A DNA stretch of 60,081 nucleotides. Source: Ancylonema sp. (lineage: Eukaryota). The stretch's first letter is position 1. Each line of letters opens with the position of its first letter. This document shows positions 22,991-39,156 of the stretch, one piece after another. A program made the translations under genes and the position numbers. The notes beneath the pieces are model-generated. The model did no database searches. It saw nothing but the letters and a program-made list of their open reading frames with translations, and was not told the DNA's origin. The DNA is taken from NCBI GenBank assembly GCA_050230475.1, contig JBFLGF010000199.1, forward strand, positions 1-60,081. The letters are read 5' to 3'.

Positions 22991-25900
22991 GTTTATTTAC
23001 AATCTATAGCGTGATTTGTGATTTGTCACTTCATCGAGGGGATTTGTAAAGCAAAGTTGACAACTAATTGTGCCATAAAAACCTAATTGTGCCCTGATAA
23101 TGATCCGAATTAATTCCGAAAAGGGTGGATCGTTATTCGAAATTACATGACAACTGTTGGCCGCATGGATTATTATTGAAAAAAAGTGGATCATCGTCTT
23201 GAAATTTGGCTTCCAAAGCCATCTGAAGCGTTCCTGGTCGCAAGTTGGTAGAGGTGGGGAAAACGCAAGGAGGAGATAACGAGGAAGAAGAGGAGGAGGA
23301 AAGGGCCGAAACTGTAAGAAATAGAATGGGGAAAGAAAGAGAGGAGGGAGAGGAGAAAGATGAGGAGGCGGATTGGGGGGATGCGATGGATGAGGAAGCG
23401 AGGATGAGGAGGAAGAGGGAGAAAGGGATGCCGAGGGGGAAGAGGAAGACGAGGATGGGGATGAGGAGGACGAAGAGGAGGAAATTGATAGTCATTGGGT
23501 AGTCACGCGAACGGGACGTGGAAAACATTGGCGTGTGAGGTTCCGAATGCTCGTTTCGTCGTTCGGTCTATTTGCATTCCTCGAATATGTTCTCAAATTT
23601 TCGTAGGTGTAACGTCATGTTCCAGTTCATATTTGCGCATTGGAAAGAATCTACTTCCACGAGGAGAATGTTATGTTTGATATTCTTTGGTTGCGGAGTG
23701 AATCATTATACATACTCAATGTCACGAACGAAGAGTTGTCACACTGAGTCGTATTATTTATTCGGTATTATTTTCATAAAATTGTTTTCATACTTCATCA
23801 CTTTGCTAACGTTCTGTTTTAATTGGAACTTTGGTATTATCAAATTGTGCTCGTGATTTTTTTACGATTTGTTGACGAGGTGGCGTTTTCAATAGCTTGA
23901 TATTATCAACCAAGTGTTGTGTTTCATTCGTGACGTGTCTTTTGGTTGAATATTTGTTGTCACAAATTGTTGTGTAATCATTATTGTCATCAACCTAGTG
24001 CGATCTCTCGATCCGCTACTTCAATTATTCGTTGTCGCCTGAACACACCCTTTAATGCAAAAGTAAGCTCCTTAGGTTGTTGGCCTAGCACCTGCACCCA
24101 CTGCTTTTATTTTTTGTTGTTCCTAATTTTCGTCAGACTTCATTAGCACATTTCATTTTTCGACTCGCCATCACCGTTGATGAGTATTATTTACACCAGC
24201 TTGTCAATCACGTGTGATGATTGTCAATAATTGATAACTTGGCATATATTTCATTCACAAACCGGCTGAAATCGTACAACGGAAAGCTACTTCACCACTT
24301 CAAAAGTCTCCCGAAGGTTCGGAAGATTCCGGTTCACTTCGAGAGGTTCGGAAGGTCGGGCTCGGTTCGGTTGACATCTTCAACAAGTGCTCGGAACCAG
24401 ATTTTTACACTTATGGAACATAGTTAACCTTGTTCGTCAAATCTGGTATGATATATTTTCTATATCGATAGTAAACAGAGTGGTCCAATATGTGCGCTAA
24501 ACGAGGCGATCTCCGCGTATTGATTCCGAACATTGCCGAGTTAGACCATAAAAATCCACCGAAGAACAATAAACCAAACATAGGATCACCATCTTTACCG
24601 ATAATACAAGACTCACCAAAACACTTAGACGATGATCCTTACGGTACACCCTTTGAAAACCGTGATACGTCTCAACATAACGCGGAAGCTATATCTAGGT
24701 CATCTCTATTTTCTTTTTAAACGATTAAGAGTGCCGATCCAACCAAAATAATTACCACATCACCAAAACTTCTGAAATCTCTCTACATCTTAAGACACAA
24801 TACATGTCACGTCACGAGTGGCACTGGCTACATTGACAACTCCTTTAATTGTGAAGAGTACCCGAAATATATCGACTTCATCGATAATTCCACTAGTGGT
24901 TACAAATGGTGCACCGAGAACAGCTGTCAAGCCTTACCACCACCACCACTTGCTCTACCACCTCCACCCGCGCCATATCATCCAGGGGCCAAAAGCGGGA
25001 TCAATGACACCGTGGACACTCTACCACCGTTGCCGACTTAAAATTTTGAAACCGGAGAAGAATAAGATGTTGTTGACATCTGCGTCGCTAAGGTAACACA
25101 CAACGAAAAAAATAAATAAAATAGGGAACACTGAATGGGAGAAAATAATTTAAGAGCATGAAGGGTGAAAACCGCTAAAGAGTGGCAACCGATTGGCAAC
25201 ACACACCTTGGCGATGAAGTTGTCGAAAATGTTCAGGCAAGGTGGCGTGAACATAATGCCAACATCGCGTACGGGGACCTTCCGGGTCGCATGTATGGAC
25301 AAGCAAAAGTTTTATATACTTTGCGTGTTGAGTTGTTTTTTTTATTATTTTTATTATTTTTATAATAATCTACAAAAATAAAGTGATAATACATATTTGT
25401 GAAAACACAAGTGCGAAGGTTCTAATGGCATGAATTTCACTAAGGATACTAAGGATACATATATATGGATACATAATTATCGTATGACACAAAGAACTAG
25501 TAAATATAATTAGAATCTACGTTTGAAACTTAAACCGTAATACACATACACATACGATGCACACAATTGAAGAAACCACACACAACCCAACATACCTACA
25601 CATCAACCGTATCATCTTTCGATGTGATTTATCACACAAATATAAATTACATATACATGCAAAACACCCTTTGCACGTATCGGGTGCTTCATTCCAGAGT
25701 GTTAACGTCATTTCGAAAGCTCAAGGATTGCGTAGGTGGAAAAAAAAAAAAAAAAAAGGCAAGTAGTCCAACACTGTTTGAATATATTTCGATGTACTTT
25801 TTGAAAGATGAAGCTTATGGCACTATGACTCGCGGAAGCATCTATCACCATGCAAATGTGTCATGAGTTTATTTACAAATAAAAGTGGTTTCTAAACGAT

Positions 25901-26323
25901 GTGAAGCACAATATTTACTCGCTTTCGGGGCAAATCTGGCAAGGGCTCCTGGGTCCGGGAGGGGTCCGGGACCGGTCCGGTCCCGGCCCCGTCGACAACA
26001 TCCCATTCGTGTCGATTCGAGTACAAATGCTCATTCTTCATCGACTACGTCATCGATGATCCCTTTACCTTACCGATCCCATTTAGTGTTTGAATTCATT
26101 CATCCTTAACTCTCAGCATAGTTGTTGCTTGCAAAGTGGTCATTGCAACCTTCTGATTTTACAAGAGTTACTGTCCTGTGCCACAATTTGTCATTGTGAT
26201 ATGTAGGTCCCGAGTGAGTTACAAAGATTTTTTATTGCAATCATCGACGACCTAGAAGGCAATTGAACTTCTTGAACATCCCATCACCACCAGTTGAGAC
26301 CAAGAGAGCGGATGTAAGAGTTA

Positions 26324-26905
26324 CAGTATAACTTGTCTAAAGGAATATTGTCGGGGAGGAGAAAAAGTGTTCCTTTAGACAGGTTATGCACCTCGATAGT
26401 TTTGAATATAAATGGAGTCAAACCCGTTCCCATGTGCCTCCGACGTAAAACAAGCTAGTATCTAGCTCAAAATCCGTTAAAACGTGTTTTCCCGGTTCAC
26501 ACGGCCAATACTTTGTCGTTTAGCCTCCTCTAGAGTAACGTCCCACAATCAGGGAGATACTATGCGCCAAATCTCTCATTTCAAACGATGTACGTGGACG
26601 TGGAAGGCACCAATGCCACCAACAATATACTGCCCCGGCCCTATATTGTCGTTTAGCGTGTTTCATCGTAACGTCCCACAACCTGTGAGATACGAATCCG
26701 GTACGGATGAACACAAATCTTTCAGAAGATGTACGGATTCTGTACTTTATTCATTTACACGTACCAGGGGGGGCTATAAAATTATTTATTTAGACAGTTA
26801 TGCACGGTATGGAATAATTACACTCCCCCAGCGTCGGGGGGGACATTTTCTAGTCCTTTAGACAAGTTATTCCTTTCGACAGTATTACTTTAGACAGTTA
26901 TACTG
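26324..26905. mobile_element. Tc1/mariner-type MITE
   Basis: TA + CAGTATAACTTGTCTAAAGGAATATTGTCG ... CGACAGTATTACTTTAGACAGTTATACTG + TA, with internal ctttagaca repeats. Confidence 0.85.
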
Positions 26906-28883
26906 TAGTTAGAGTTTGTCGCCGAATAGTTGTATCCCTCGAGAGTACACATATCCTAGAAAGTTGTAGCCGCCGAACCAGGAAGCATTGCGGCGCTGCT
27001 AGCAAATTTAATTGTGTAACTCATATAGCTATCCCAAATGCTATCAATGTATCCTTGATGACTAGATCTTTCGTGGTGCATACTCCCGACAAAACCCCGT
27101 TCCTGCAATTTGCATCAGTATATCAAAATGTCGAAAGATTAACCATTAATAGTTATCGTCTCGTCGATTTTGTCAAGTCTAATTGAAGTTACAATCACAT
27201 CTTAACATTCAACCCGTCACATGTGAATCAACCATCATCCATCCATCGTCCGTTTAGAACAAGTTCATTATCTTGCATTCTCAAGGACCCGGCGATTCTG
27301 CGCCCGATTCGGCGCGTTTATAGCTAGTACGCTCATTCCCATTTACTTGCAATTCCATTAGGTGGAGATGAAGTGTTAAAATAAAATATAGCAAGATATC
27401 AATTTACGCAATCCTAATTCGAGCATATTACATTGTACATTGATGACACGTGCAATGCTGATTGTTGGTGCAGTAACATGATCGCGAGACTGTGCTCCCT
27501 TGCCACAACAACCTCGCATTGAGGTTGCGTATGTTGTACTTCGATGCAAGTGGAGGAAAAAATACTCGTTAGTAGCTAAGTAAGAAATATGTGAGATTCC
27601 AAATAAGCTCGCTTGGAATGCGGGCAATACCGCGAGCGGTGCCTCGGTCTTTCCTAATGTTGCATACCTGATATCCAACCGATATCTTTGACAACGTTGT
27701 TGTACCCCATCTATACTAGCTCATCGCAATTTATATCAAAAGATATGGAGGCTTAAGGCTTGGGGATGGAGGTACACCTAAAAAGGTAATTGAATAACGG
27801 AGAATGACCCTGAGGAGAATTTAGTGCATGCATTACGTGTCGTTCGATTGTATTGGGAAAATGTGTGGAGGGGGATATGAAAGTTTCTTTGGCGAAATCA
27901 TAATACCGAGAAGCATTGACCGGCACGATAAGGATGTTCTCGGTCACAGAAGGGCGGTTTTTAGTTGAATACGGGTTCAAAGCAATTGAATTTGTATGCG
28001 TTAAAGCGAAGCGGAGTAGAAGATGGTCATCCATACTCGTACGTGGTTTGCTTTCCTCTTTCACAAGTTTCAATATCTACCCGATGTACCTTGGATTTTT
28101 TTTTGGCAAACCCTTTAATATGATAGATATCTACATGTCATTTCATGTCATCTGTCTCACTTGCGAGCCAATGAAGAGGACTCAAATCTTGTTCGCATAA
28201 TGCCTTGGCTCCACCTTCAAAAACATGGATAGTGGAGTTCAATGCCCTTCTTTGCTCTTTCCTTCTTGCACTCTATGGCTACCAAAGAATTCATTATTAT
28301 TTCGAAGAAGCATGAGCATGTTGGATATACCTTCAAACCATTTCACAAATTCCACTTCTGCAAAGTTAAAACACAGCCGAGAACTACTTACACATCCACA
28401 AATTGACAAAATATAGCACGAATTGTCATATCCATTGATTGTGAGAACAAATAAAAGTGAAATTACTCCCTGGTCTGGCCAATGTTGTGGCGCACCACAT
28501 AAATTGTGGTGGTAAATTGAACCAAAGGTCTTATCGAAGACAACTATTTGAGGGCATTCGCCCCATCCACTCCATGGTGGAGGAAGACTATATCTAACAT
28601 GTTATCTATGTACCCAACTATCGGTTTCCCACCACGTCAAGTGCTGAATGTGCATGCATTCACCAACCTGAAACCTCTATTAGACCTCGGCCCATAAACA
28701 TTCTCCCTCTCATAACGCCCAAATATCTACTCCTGTGTATTACCAAACATCGACAAGCCATCCACCATCCAAACATCTGTCTCCTCCCTCGGCGCCTTAC
28801 AAGTAATTTGGTTGAGTCACACAACACAACAACCAGTTTGCACATGTTTGAGATTAAAACGAAATACACCTTACTCTAACCCT

Positions 28884-31937
<3,054 letters not shown>

Positions 31938-32154
31938 CTACTTCCTCTTCCTCCCTTCGTCCTCCCCAACGCGAGTGGTATCAGGAATTTTCCTCGTCCT
32001 TTCCCCTACCAGAAGAGGATTGCTCTTCGTTAGTGCGGCTACACTGTTAAAAGTTTGCGGGAGACGCCACGTGGACTAACGGCAGAAATGGCAAATTAGA
32101 TGTGTCTGCAGGTTGAGCAGAATTCGGCAAATGTGTAATTGCCAAAACCCTGCA

Positions 32155-32188
32155 GCTCGACTGCTCGACTGCTCGACTGCTCGACTGC
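32155..32188. repeat. (GCTCGACT)4 tandem repeat ~260 bp upstream of the LPD start codon
   Basis: gctcgactgctcgactgctcgactgctcgactgc. Confidence 0.85.
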
Positions 32189-34895
32189 AGACGCTACATA
32201 GCCGCCATCTTCCCCTTCAGATATTTGTCGTTGGTGACCGATTTTGCTTCAGTCCACAATTACTTACTCGACATGCTCGCTTGCGAAACACACGTCAGCT
32301 CGTTTCTTTCAACTCTCTTGGAGTGTCTCTCGTCTGTTTGATGAAAAATACAGCTGCACAATAAGCTTGTGTTGAGGAAGTGAATGACAGTAGTTTGAAA
32401 TTATCGTACACGTACATCAATGTACACGCGGTTTATACCGTTGGCTTTGTGTAACATGACTGGTTGCATATTTGTGAAGTGTTTATTCGTGTCTTCGCTG
32501 TTGTTTTTTCGTATGGGTGACGGTTCGCTCCTAGTTATTTGTGTCGATCAGCTGTGTAGCCGAAAACAGGAAGAGGGCCTTGAGCTGCATCGTTTTTTGT
32601 AGTTCTCACCTCACGTTTGCGCAGGCTTGTACATGAAGTGAAGGGGTGTGGAACTGCGTCCTCAGACATATCTTTAGAGCGGGATGAAGCTGGTGCTACG
32701 AACTGATGACAACACTTATTTTCCGCCTGACGTCGGATGATTGACTGGTAAGGACCCTCGACTTCGACAGCCTCAAGCTTGGAATGGTCCGGAGCTGCGT
32801 CCTCGCAGACAACGAACAGTAACTTTATAATGCTATCGTCGACTGATTTAGAAGCCCATTGATGGTTACTGCTATAACTTGTTGTGCTTGACTGCTTTAG
32901 TTCACTTCGTCGAGGTATTCACACGGAAAGGATTTCTGATTTTGACAAGGAGTTGTGGAGAAGTGACGAAAGCAATCATCATCTATCATTTTCCTGAAAC
33001 CTGTGATGTTTTCATGAGGCTGTTTCTGATCTCCTCTCCTCTTGTATGATTGGGACGCCCGCTGGTTGCTTTGTGGGAATGATGAACGCAGTTGGTCCGT
33101 GTTTGCTAGACCGAAAGGTCGATGACCACAACCCATCCTGCTCTTTTGCCAAAACAGACCCACTAACACCTGTCCGTGGAAAACAGGTCCCTGCTTTCTT
33201 GTAACTGGTGTGCCTTCCGGCTTGTTTGCGTGTTTTCCTCTTTTCAAAGTATCTTCTCGCTTTGGTCACACTTCACGTTGAGTTGTTGTGGCAATTCCGT
33301 TTTTTTTTTAAATATCTTTTGATTTTGAATCATGTGGAAACCATGCGATGCGAATGAACAGTAACCTGGTGGATGAGAATGACGACTTCGATTAGATGTG
33401 TGAGCCCAAGTTTCTTGGCCTGATCAGATAAAAATATCGAGGCAATAATCCATTCACCTCTGACTCTTCCACCAGACTGTGGTGTGCCGTTATATCTTGT
33501 TCGCTGGCACATAATTTGATATAGAAGAGAAGTAGAAGAAACTGTTTTTAGTGTGCGGCCCTCGCCTTTGGTGCCATCCGCATACAGTGTCAATCTTCTA
33601 ATCTTGTAGCGCTTTTGATCCGCGGTTGGACTTTTCCTAAGCCAACTGCCTATGAGCATTGCGCAAAATTGAAGGGAGCAAAATGTAGTTGCTGTTCAAT
33701 GTCTGCACCATTGCTTGGCCCTACGTTTGTCCCACAGACAATTTTTGAGGACGCCGAAATATTCTAACGTGCCTTCCTATTCGTGTTGTTCACGTACTCA
33801 AAGCAGAAGGTTTGTGCCTTGTCTTGATGTTACAGGAGTTGTGGCTGAGGCGGCTCTTTGGCAGTATCTGCTGGATGTGTCAGGGGAGATGGGTAGTTTT
33901 GTATGGTATGTGTATTAGTACATGCAGAAGTATTAGGATTAGTAAAGTGTATGCATATGTAGAAGTGTTGTACGGTCTTGTGGAGAAAGTGTTGTAAATT
34001 TTGTTGCCCTCCACAAGAATCGTAGCCTGCTGAGGTGTTTGTGAATTTGTAGAAATCTGTGATTTGTAAGCACTACATGGATCAATTTTTATGGATGTTG
34101 TGACTGTTGACAATTATTTTGTTGTTGTCTATACATTTTTCAGGTGAATGCACATGTATGTTTAACGAGCCTAGCCAATCTTTAACTAGTATAATAAGTA
34201 TAGTTGCTCAGGCCAGCATTGTGGTTTTCATATGTCTGCGGGCTTTTCCAAGCATGACCAGGACATGAGCAAATACCACTGTCAAAGTGTGATGCCTAGA
34301 CAATGAATGTCGTTGGTATATGGTGGAATGCCACTAAACCCAACTCCTCAGAACTCGAAATACGTTTGATGGAGATTTATGCAACAAAAAAATAAATCTC
34401 AAAACTGGCTCAGGGCCAAAAATTGGCCCCTTACTGTCCGATAATCTAGATGACCAGACTTCTCCCGTCCGGAAGAAAGTGGGACCCCTCAGAGCTCAAA
34501 CAATTTCAACATCTGTCTCGAGATCAATTAATGACCCCGCAAGGTAAGTTCCGAGCCGTCCGCATTGTCATAAAGAACTCTTTTCTCGGCATGTCTCCTG
34601 CACCAAATAATATTGTCAGTTACAACAATCTAGGTCTCGGACTGTCTTCCAGGTTTTCATTTTGTTGTGTGCATCGTTTGGAGACTTTCTACACTAATTT
34701 GCTGTGTGCATCGTTTGGATATTTTCTTAACTATTCTTCTTTTCTTACATGAAAAGATTAAAATACAATCCCCACGGCTGTGCATCGATAAGTTTTGCAC
34801 CGATATTGCATTGTGAAAGTGACAACCGTCCATCTTTGGCCCGAATCTGCTCTGGTCACGTCCCTCTGAGATCTACGGGAACGTGCATTCAAATA

Positions 34896-36557
34896 CCGTA
34901 GTGGCCATACACACTGACCCGGGTTTAAAAAAAAACAATTAATTTTTGTCTTGGCCCACCAACTTGATCCGGGCAAAATATATTTATTAATCCGTGACCC
35001 ACAATTATGACCAGGGTAAAATATATTTCTTATACGGTGACCCGGCATGCAAAATGACCCACCTGTGAACAACACGCAATTTGTACCGCAGGAATACCGT
35101 ACTAATTATGGCACTGTAAACTTTGGGGGGGTATCTTTCGGCCATCTATTTTTTTCTGATATTCCCGAGGTTTTCACTCTACCGTTCACTTTCCACTAAA
35201 AATTCCGTTCACTATCCTTTACCTCAAAGTCATTCGCCGTTCATCCATTCACTTTACAGTGAAAAATCCGTTCACTTTCCTTTACCTCAAATTCATTCGC
35301 CGTTCATCCGTTCACTTTACACTCTAAGACCTGTTCACTTTCCTTTATTTCAAAATTATTTGCCGTTCCTCCGTTCACTTTACACTAATAAACTCGTTCA
35401 CTTTCCTTTACCTCAAATTCATCAGCCGTTCATCCGTTCACTTTACACTCTAAAACCCGTTCACTGTCCTTCATTTCAAAATTATTCGCCGTTTCTCCGT
35501 TCACCTTACACTAAAAAAGTCGTCCACTTTCCTTTACCTCAAATTCGTTCGTCGTTCATCCGTTCACTTTAAACTCTAAAACCCGTTCACTTTCCTTTGT
35601 CTCAAAATTATTCGCCGTTCCTTCGTTCATTTTACACTCTAAAACCAGTTCATTTCCCTTCACCTCAAATTCATTCGCCGTTCATCCGTTCACTTTACAC
35701 TTTAAAACCCGTTCACTTTCATTCACCTCAAAATTATTCGCCGTTCATCCGTTCACTTTACACTAAACAACTCGTTCACTTCCTTGATCTCAAATTCATT
35801 CGCCGTTCATCCGTTCACTTTACACGGAAAAATCCGTTCACTTTCCGTCACCTCCAATACATTCGCCGTTCATCCGTTCACTTTACACTCTAGAACCCGT
35901 TCACTTTCCTTCATCTTAATTTTATTTGCCGATCATCCGTTCACTTTCGTTCAAAAGCCTTATCTCGATGGGGTGCATTGTCGGCTCTAGATTGCGGCCT
36001 TGCAGACTGCAGCAGACTCTCAGACCTGAACACTGACTCGTGAAGTGGAAGAGTAGTGAAGAGTTAATAGTGATAGAGTATGAGTAGTGTGTAGTGAGTA
36101 GTGACTAGTAAGTGTGTGTGTGTGGAGATATCCACATTCTTCCGGTTTTTCGATTTTACCTTACTTTTCGGAATTTTAAAGGGTATATCGTGGTTTAAAA
36201 AATCTGGAAACTCTATGTTGTTTATCATGTTGGCTTGTACAAGGTGCAAAAATGTAAGAAAAATATGCACCTGAATTGTTCCCCAACATGTCCATTTCCC
36301 CCCTCTAAATTTGTGAAAAGGAAACCAATGACGATCGATTACACCATGCGGGACCACAATTGATGCTTGGCGATCGGGATCTAACCACATATGTATTTTG
36401 AGCAAAAAAACGAATAAAATCGATTTTACGATGTTGACCCACTACGCCGATTTTCGGAATTTATAGCGTGACCCAACCCCAAAAAACGAATTATTTAATT
36501 TGACCCGACCCACCCTTTCAATAATTATGTGCGGGTCATTATGTATGGCCAGTACGG
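34896..36557. mobile_element. CCGTA-ended Tc1/mariner-pogo-type MITE (copy 1), expanded by ~1.4 kb of internal sequence
   Basis: TA + CCGTAGTGGCCATACAC.CTGACCCG at 34896 and CGGGTCATTATGTATGGCCAGTACGG + TA at 36557. The outer parts match the 240-bp copies 2 and 3. Confidence 0.7.
35182..35950 (+). repeat. 63-bp minisatellite, ~12 units
   Basis: Unit approx ccgttcactttcctttacctcaaattcattcgccgttcatccgttcactttacactctaaaac. Units start at 35205, 35268 and so on. Confidence 0.93.
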
Positions 36558-36808
36558 TAGTAAATGTTCGCACTGACGCAATGTAATAAGTGCTACCTAG
36601 TGTCGGATAGAGACGGATTTGTTACTTCAAACGCGTTTTGGTGTTTTTGATTGATTGCGAATATGCAACGTCCGGATCCGGATCGGCGCCGGATTATAGA
36701 CTTCCCGCTTGGAGTGGGCCCAAATTTTATCACGATTAGGTGGTGTATTGTTCAGGCACATTCCTTGCTTACATGCTACAGGTTAGAGTTGATGTTTACA
36801 TAATAGTA

Positions 36809-37046
36809 CCGTAGTGGCCATACATAATGACCCGGGTTTTAAGAAACGAATTAATTTAACTGAGAAACCACCACTTGACCCAACCCGCGCACCCGATATA
36901 AAATTTATAAAAATCGTGTTTTTTTTTAATTATCTGGTGACCCGCATTATAGAGGGACCCACTTTTTTGAAAAATTGAATTATTCAATTTGACCCGACCC
37001 ACCCTTCTCATAATTATTTGCGGGTCATTATGTGTGGCCAGTACGG
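36809..37046. mobile_element. CCGTA-ended MITE (copy 2, 238 bp)
   Basis: TA + CCGTAGTGGCCATACATAATGACCCG ... CGGGTCATTATGTGTGGCCAGTACGG + TA. Confidence 0.9.
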
Positions 37047-37427
37047 TACAGAAAATTATGTCGTTGGGTTGATGATGTAGCATTTAAGGATATGCAACTC
37101 CTTGGCGTTCTAGTATGATAGTCTTTGATACGTGTGACAAAGAAAGTGTTCACAACAAATGAACCACGACAAATGTCTAAGTCGAGATAGCATCGCGAAG
37201 GTCGAAAAACTATGATTAGAGTGGCCCCAATCCCATCCAAAGATTTTCGATCTCGAACCGGATGGTTCCATTGCGTTCCGCTCCGAATCCGAACACTGAT
37301 TTTTTGACAAATTTTAAAACTTGACTCACTTCGCCACGTGACGGCTTGTGGGCCGAAAAAAGTTGAAAGGTTCCTTTATAGAGGATGTCAATCACGTAAA
37401 CTCAATTGCGCTGAACATGTTCATATA

Positions 37428-37666
37428 CCGTAGTGGCCATATATAATGACCCGGGTTTTTTTTAATCGAATTAATTTAGCCAAGAAACCACCACTTGACC
37501 CAACCTGCGCACCCAATATAACATTTCCCAAAATCCTGAAAAATATATATTATCTAGTAACCTCCATTATAGAATGACCCACTTTTTTGAAAAATCAAAT
37601 TATTTAATTTGACCCGACCCACCCTTTTCATAATTATTTGGAGGTCATTATGTGTGGCCAGTTCGG
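37428..37666. mobile_element. CCGTA-ended MITE (copy 3, 239 bp)
   Basis: TA + CCGTAGTGGCCATATATAATGACCCG ... GGTCATTATGTGTGGCCAGTTCGG + TA. Collinear with copy 2. Confidence 0.9.
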
Positions 37667-38612
37667 TACATTGAATTCAATATCACTATATGATGAGAAT
37701 GTACTATTTTCTTTTCACCTTGTCGGCCCCGATTCGATTGGAAGTTTTCTTGTATGGTTTCGAGTCGGATTGGCCTCGTCCAACTGGAATAAGAGAATCG
37801 GAGGATAACGACTTTGAAGTTTGAACCTTCTCATATTTGACTTCCCTAAATAGATCAAGTACGCTTGTGCTAAAGTACCAAAGACACAATGGAGATTGAT
37901 TTCGATTGAAAATTGAGACGACTTCAAGCAATGTAGTCTTTACAATATTTTATTTATGTTGTTTATATTTTGTGGCTAGTGACAAACATAATTCAACACT
38001 ACGTTTTCTTTTATGTCAAAAAATTTCGTGGTACTTTTACCTTAACAACATCAACCAAATGTAGACTTACTAACAAACCTTGGTCCAAAAGTGTCATTGA
38101 AAGGCTTGAGAAAACCGAGTACAAAATCATAGAAGGGACATTACTCCTATAGTTGTAATCATTTTTGTACAAGATGTTAGGCACAAAGCACGTGCACGCT
38201 CTGTACACGTATTAGAACAAACACTAATAACGTTTTGATTGCGGTAGTTGCATGCGTGTTGGGCAGCTATTGCTAGCAAATTTCACCACGTCAGCCACGC
38301 CCTACATAGGTTTGCAACAATGGCCAAGCACTAGAAGCACTAGATTAAATGTGAATGCTCTTTAACTATGGCACAGAAACAAACAAAAGCCCTCCGTTCT
38401 TCTTGTCACCTCTTTGGTTATCTTCGTTGGAAGGAAAAAATATAGCATCATCTCCGAACGTAATTGTCGCACTTGTGGCCACTGTTGCTCATTGCGCTCT
38501 CTTATACTTGTGCACTTAAGCCCATATGTGCTTCAGTTGGCCGTTATAATATACAAGGCACCAAAAAAATTAATCGCGTTTTTCGCTCATTCATCATAAA
38601 GTGTGTTGCGCC

Positions 38613-39139
38613 TAGGGTTGTTGAACGTTACCGTGACGCTTACGCGTGACGGTAAATTACGCGTCATTTTGACGCGTAATTACGCACACCCTCGGTAACG
38701 TTACGAATTACAGCGATTCACTACTTCTGGTCATGACGGGCCCGGAATTGCCGTTACCTTGGCAAAAACGTAATTGTAAGTGTAATCGTACACATACCGT
38801 ACATAACCGTACACAATATATATACAACAATTCTCGTATATCGAGCGTATGTTTTACAAATATATGTACGGTAAAGGACAAATGTACTTTTCCGTACATT
38901 TGTTTGTTTCAATGTACAATAGGAAATCGGACGAGTCCGTACGTGATTATTGGTTTCCACACGTGTGACATTGGAAATCCCGGCTTTATATCGACATTTC
39001 GCCGAAGCTTCGTGTCTAAAATGGCCGAGCGTAATGTGACGCTTCCAAAATTACGGTTTACGCGGTTTACGCGTAAAAGCGAAATTTCACACGGTAATTA
39101 CGCGGGCAAAATCCTAATTACGGTAATTTCACAACCCTA
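38613..39139. mobile_element. Non-autonomous hAT element (MITE) just 3' of the helicase B stop codon
   Basis: Ends TAGGGTTGTTGAA / TTTCACAACCCTA. Decayed 8-bp TSD GTTGCGCC / GTTGCATC. Dense ttacg/cgtaa subterminal motifs. Confidence 0.78.
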
Positions 39140-39156
39140 GTTGCATCTATTAACTC

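Noticed and set aside
23245..23502. Glu/Arg-rich ORF
   Set aside because: Low-complexity purine tract with no ATG start or splice support.
27376..28420. Short ORFs downstream of LPD
   Set aside because: No recognisable motifs; possibly very old transposon debris.
35182..35950. CRISPR-like array
   Set aside because: There are no unique spacers; the whole unit repeats, and the context is eukaryotic.
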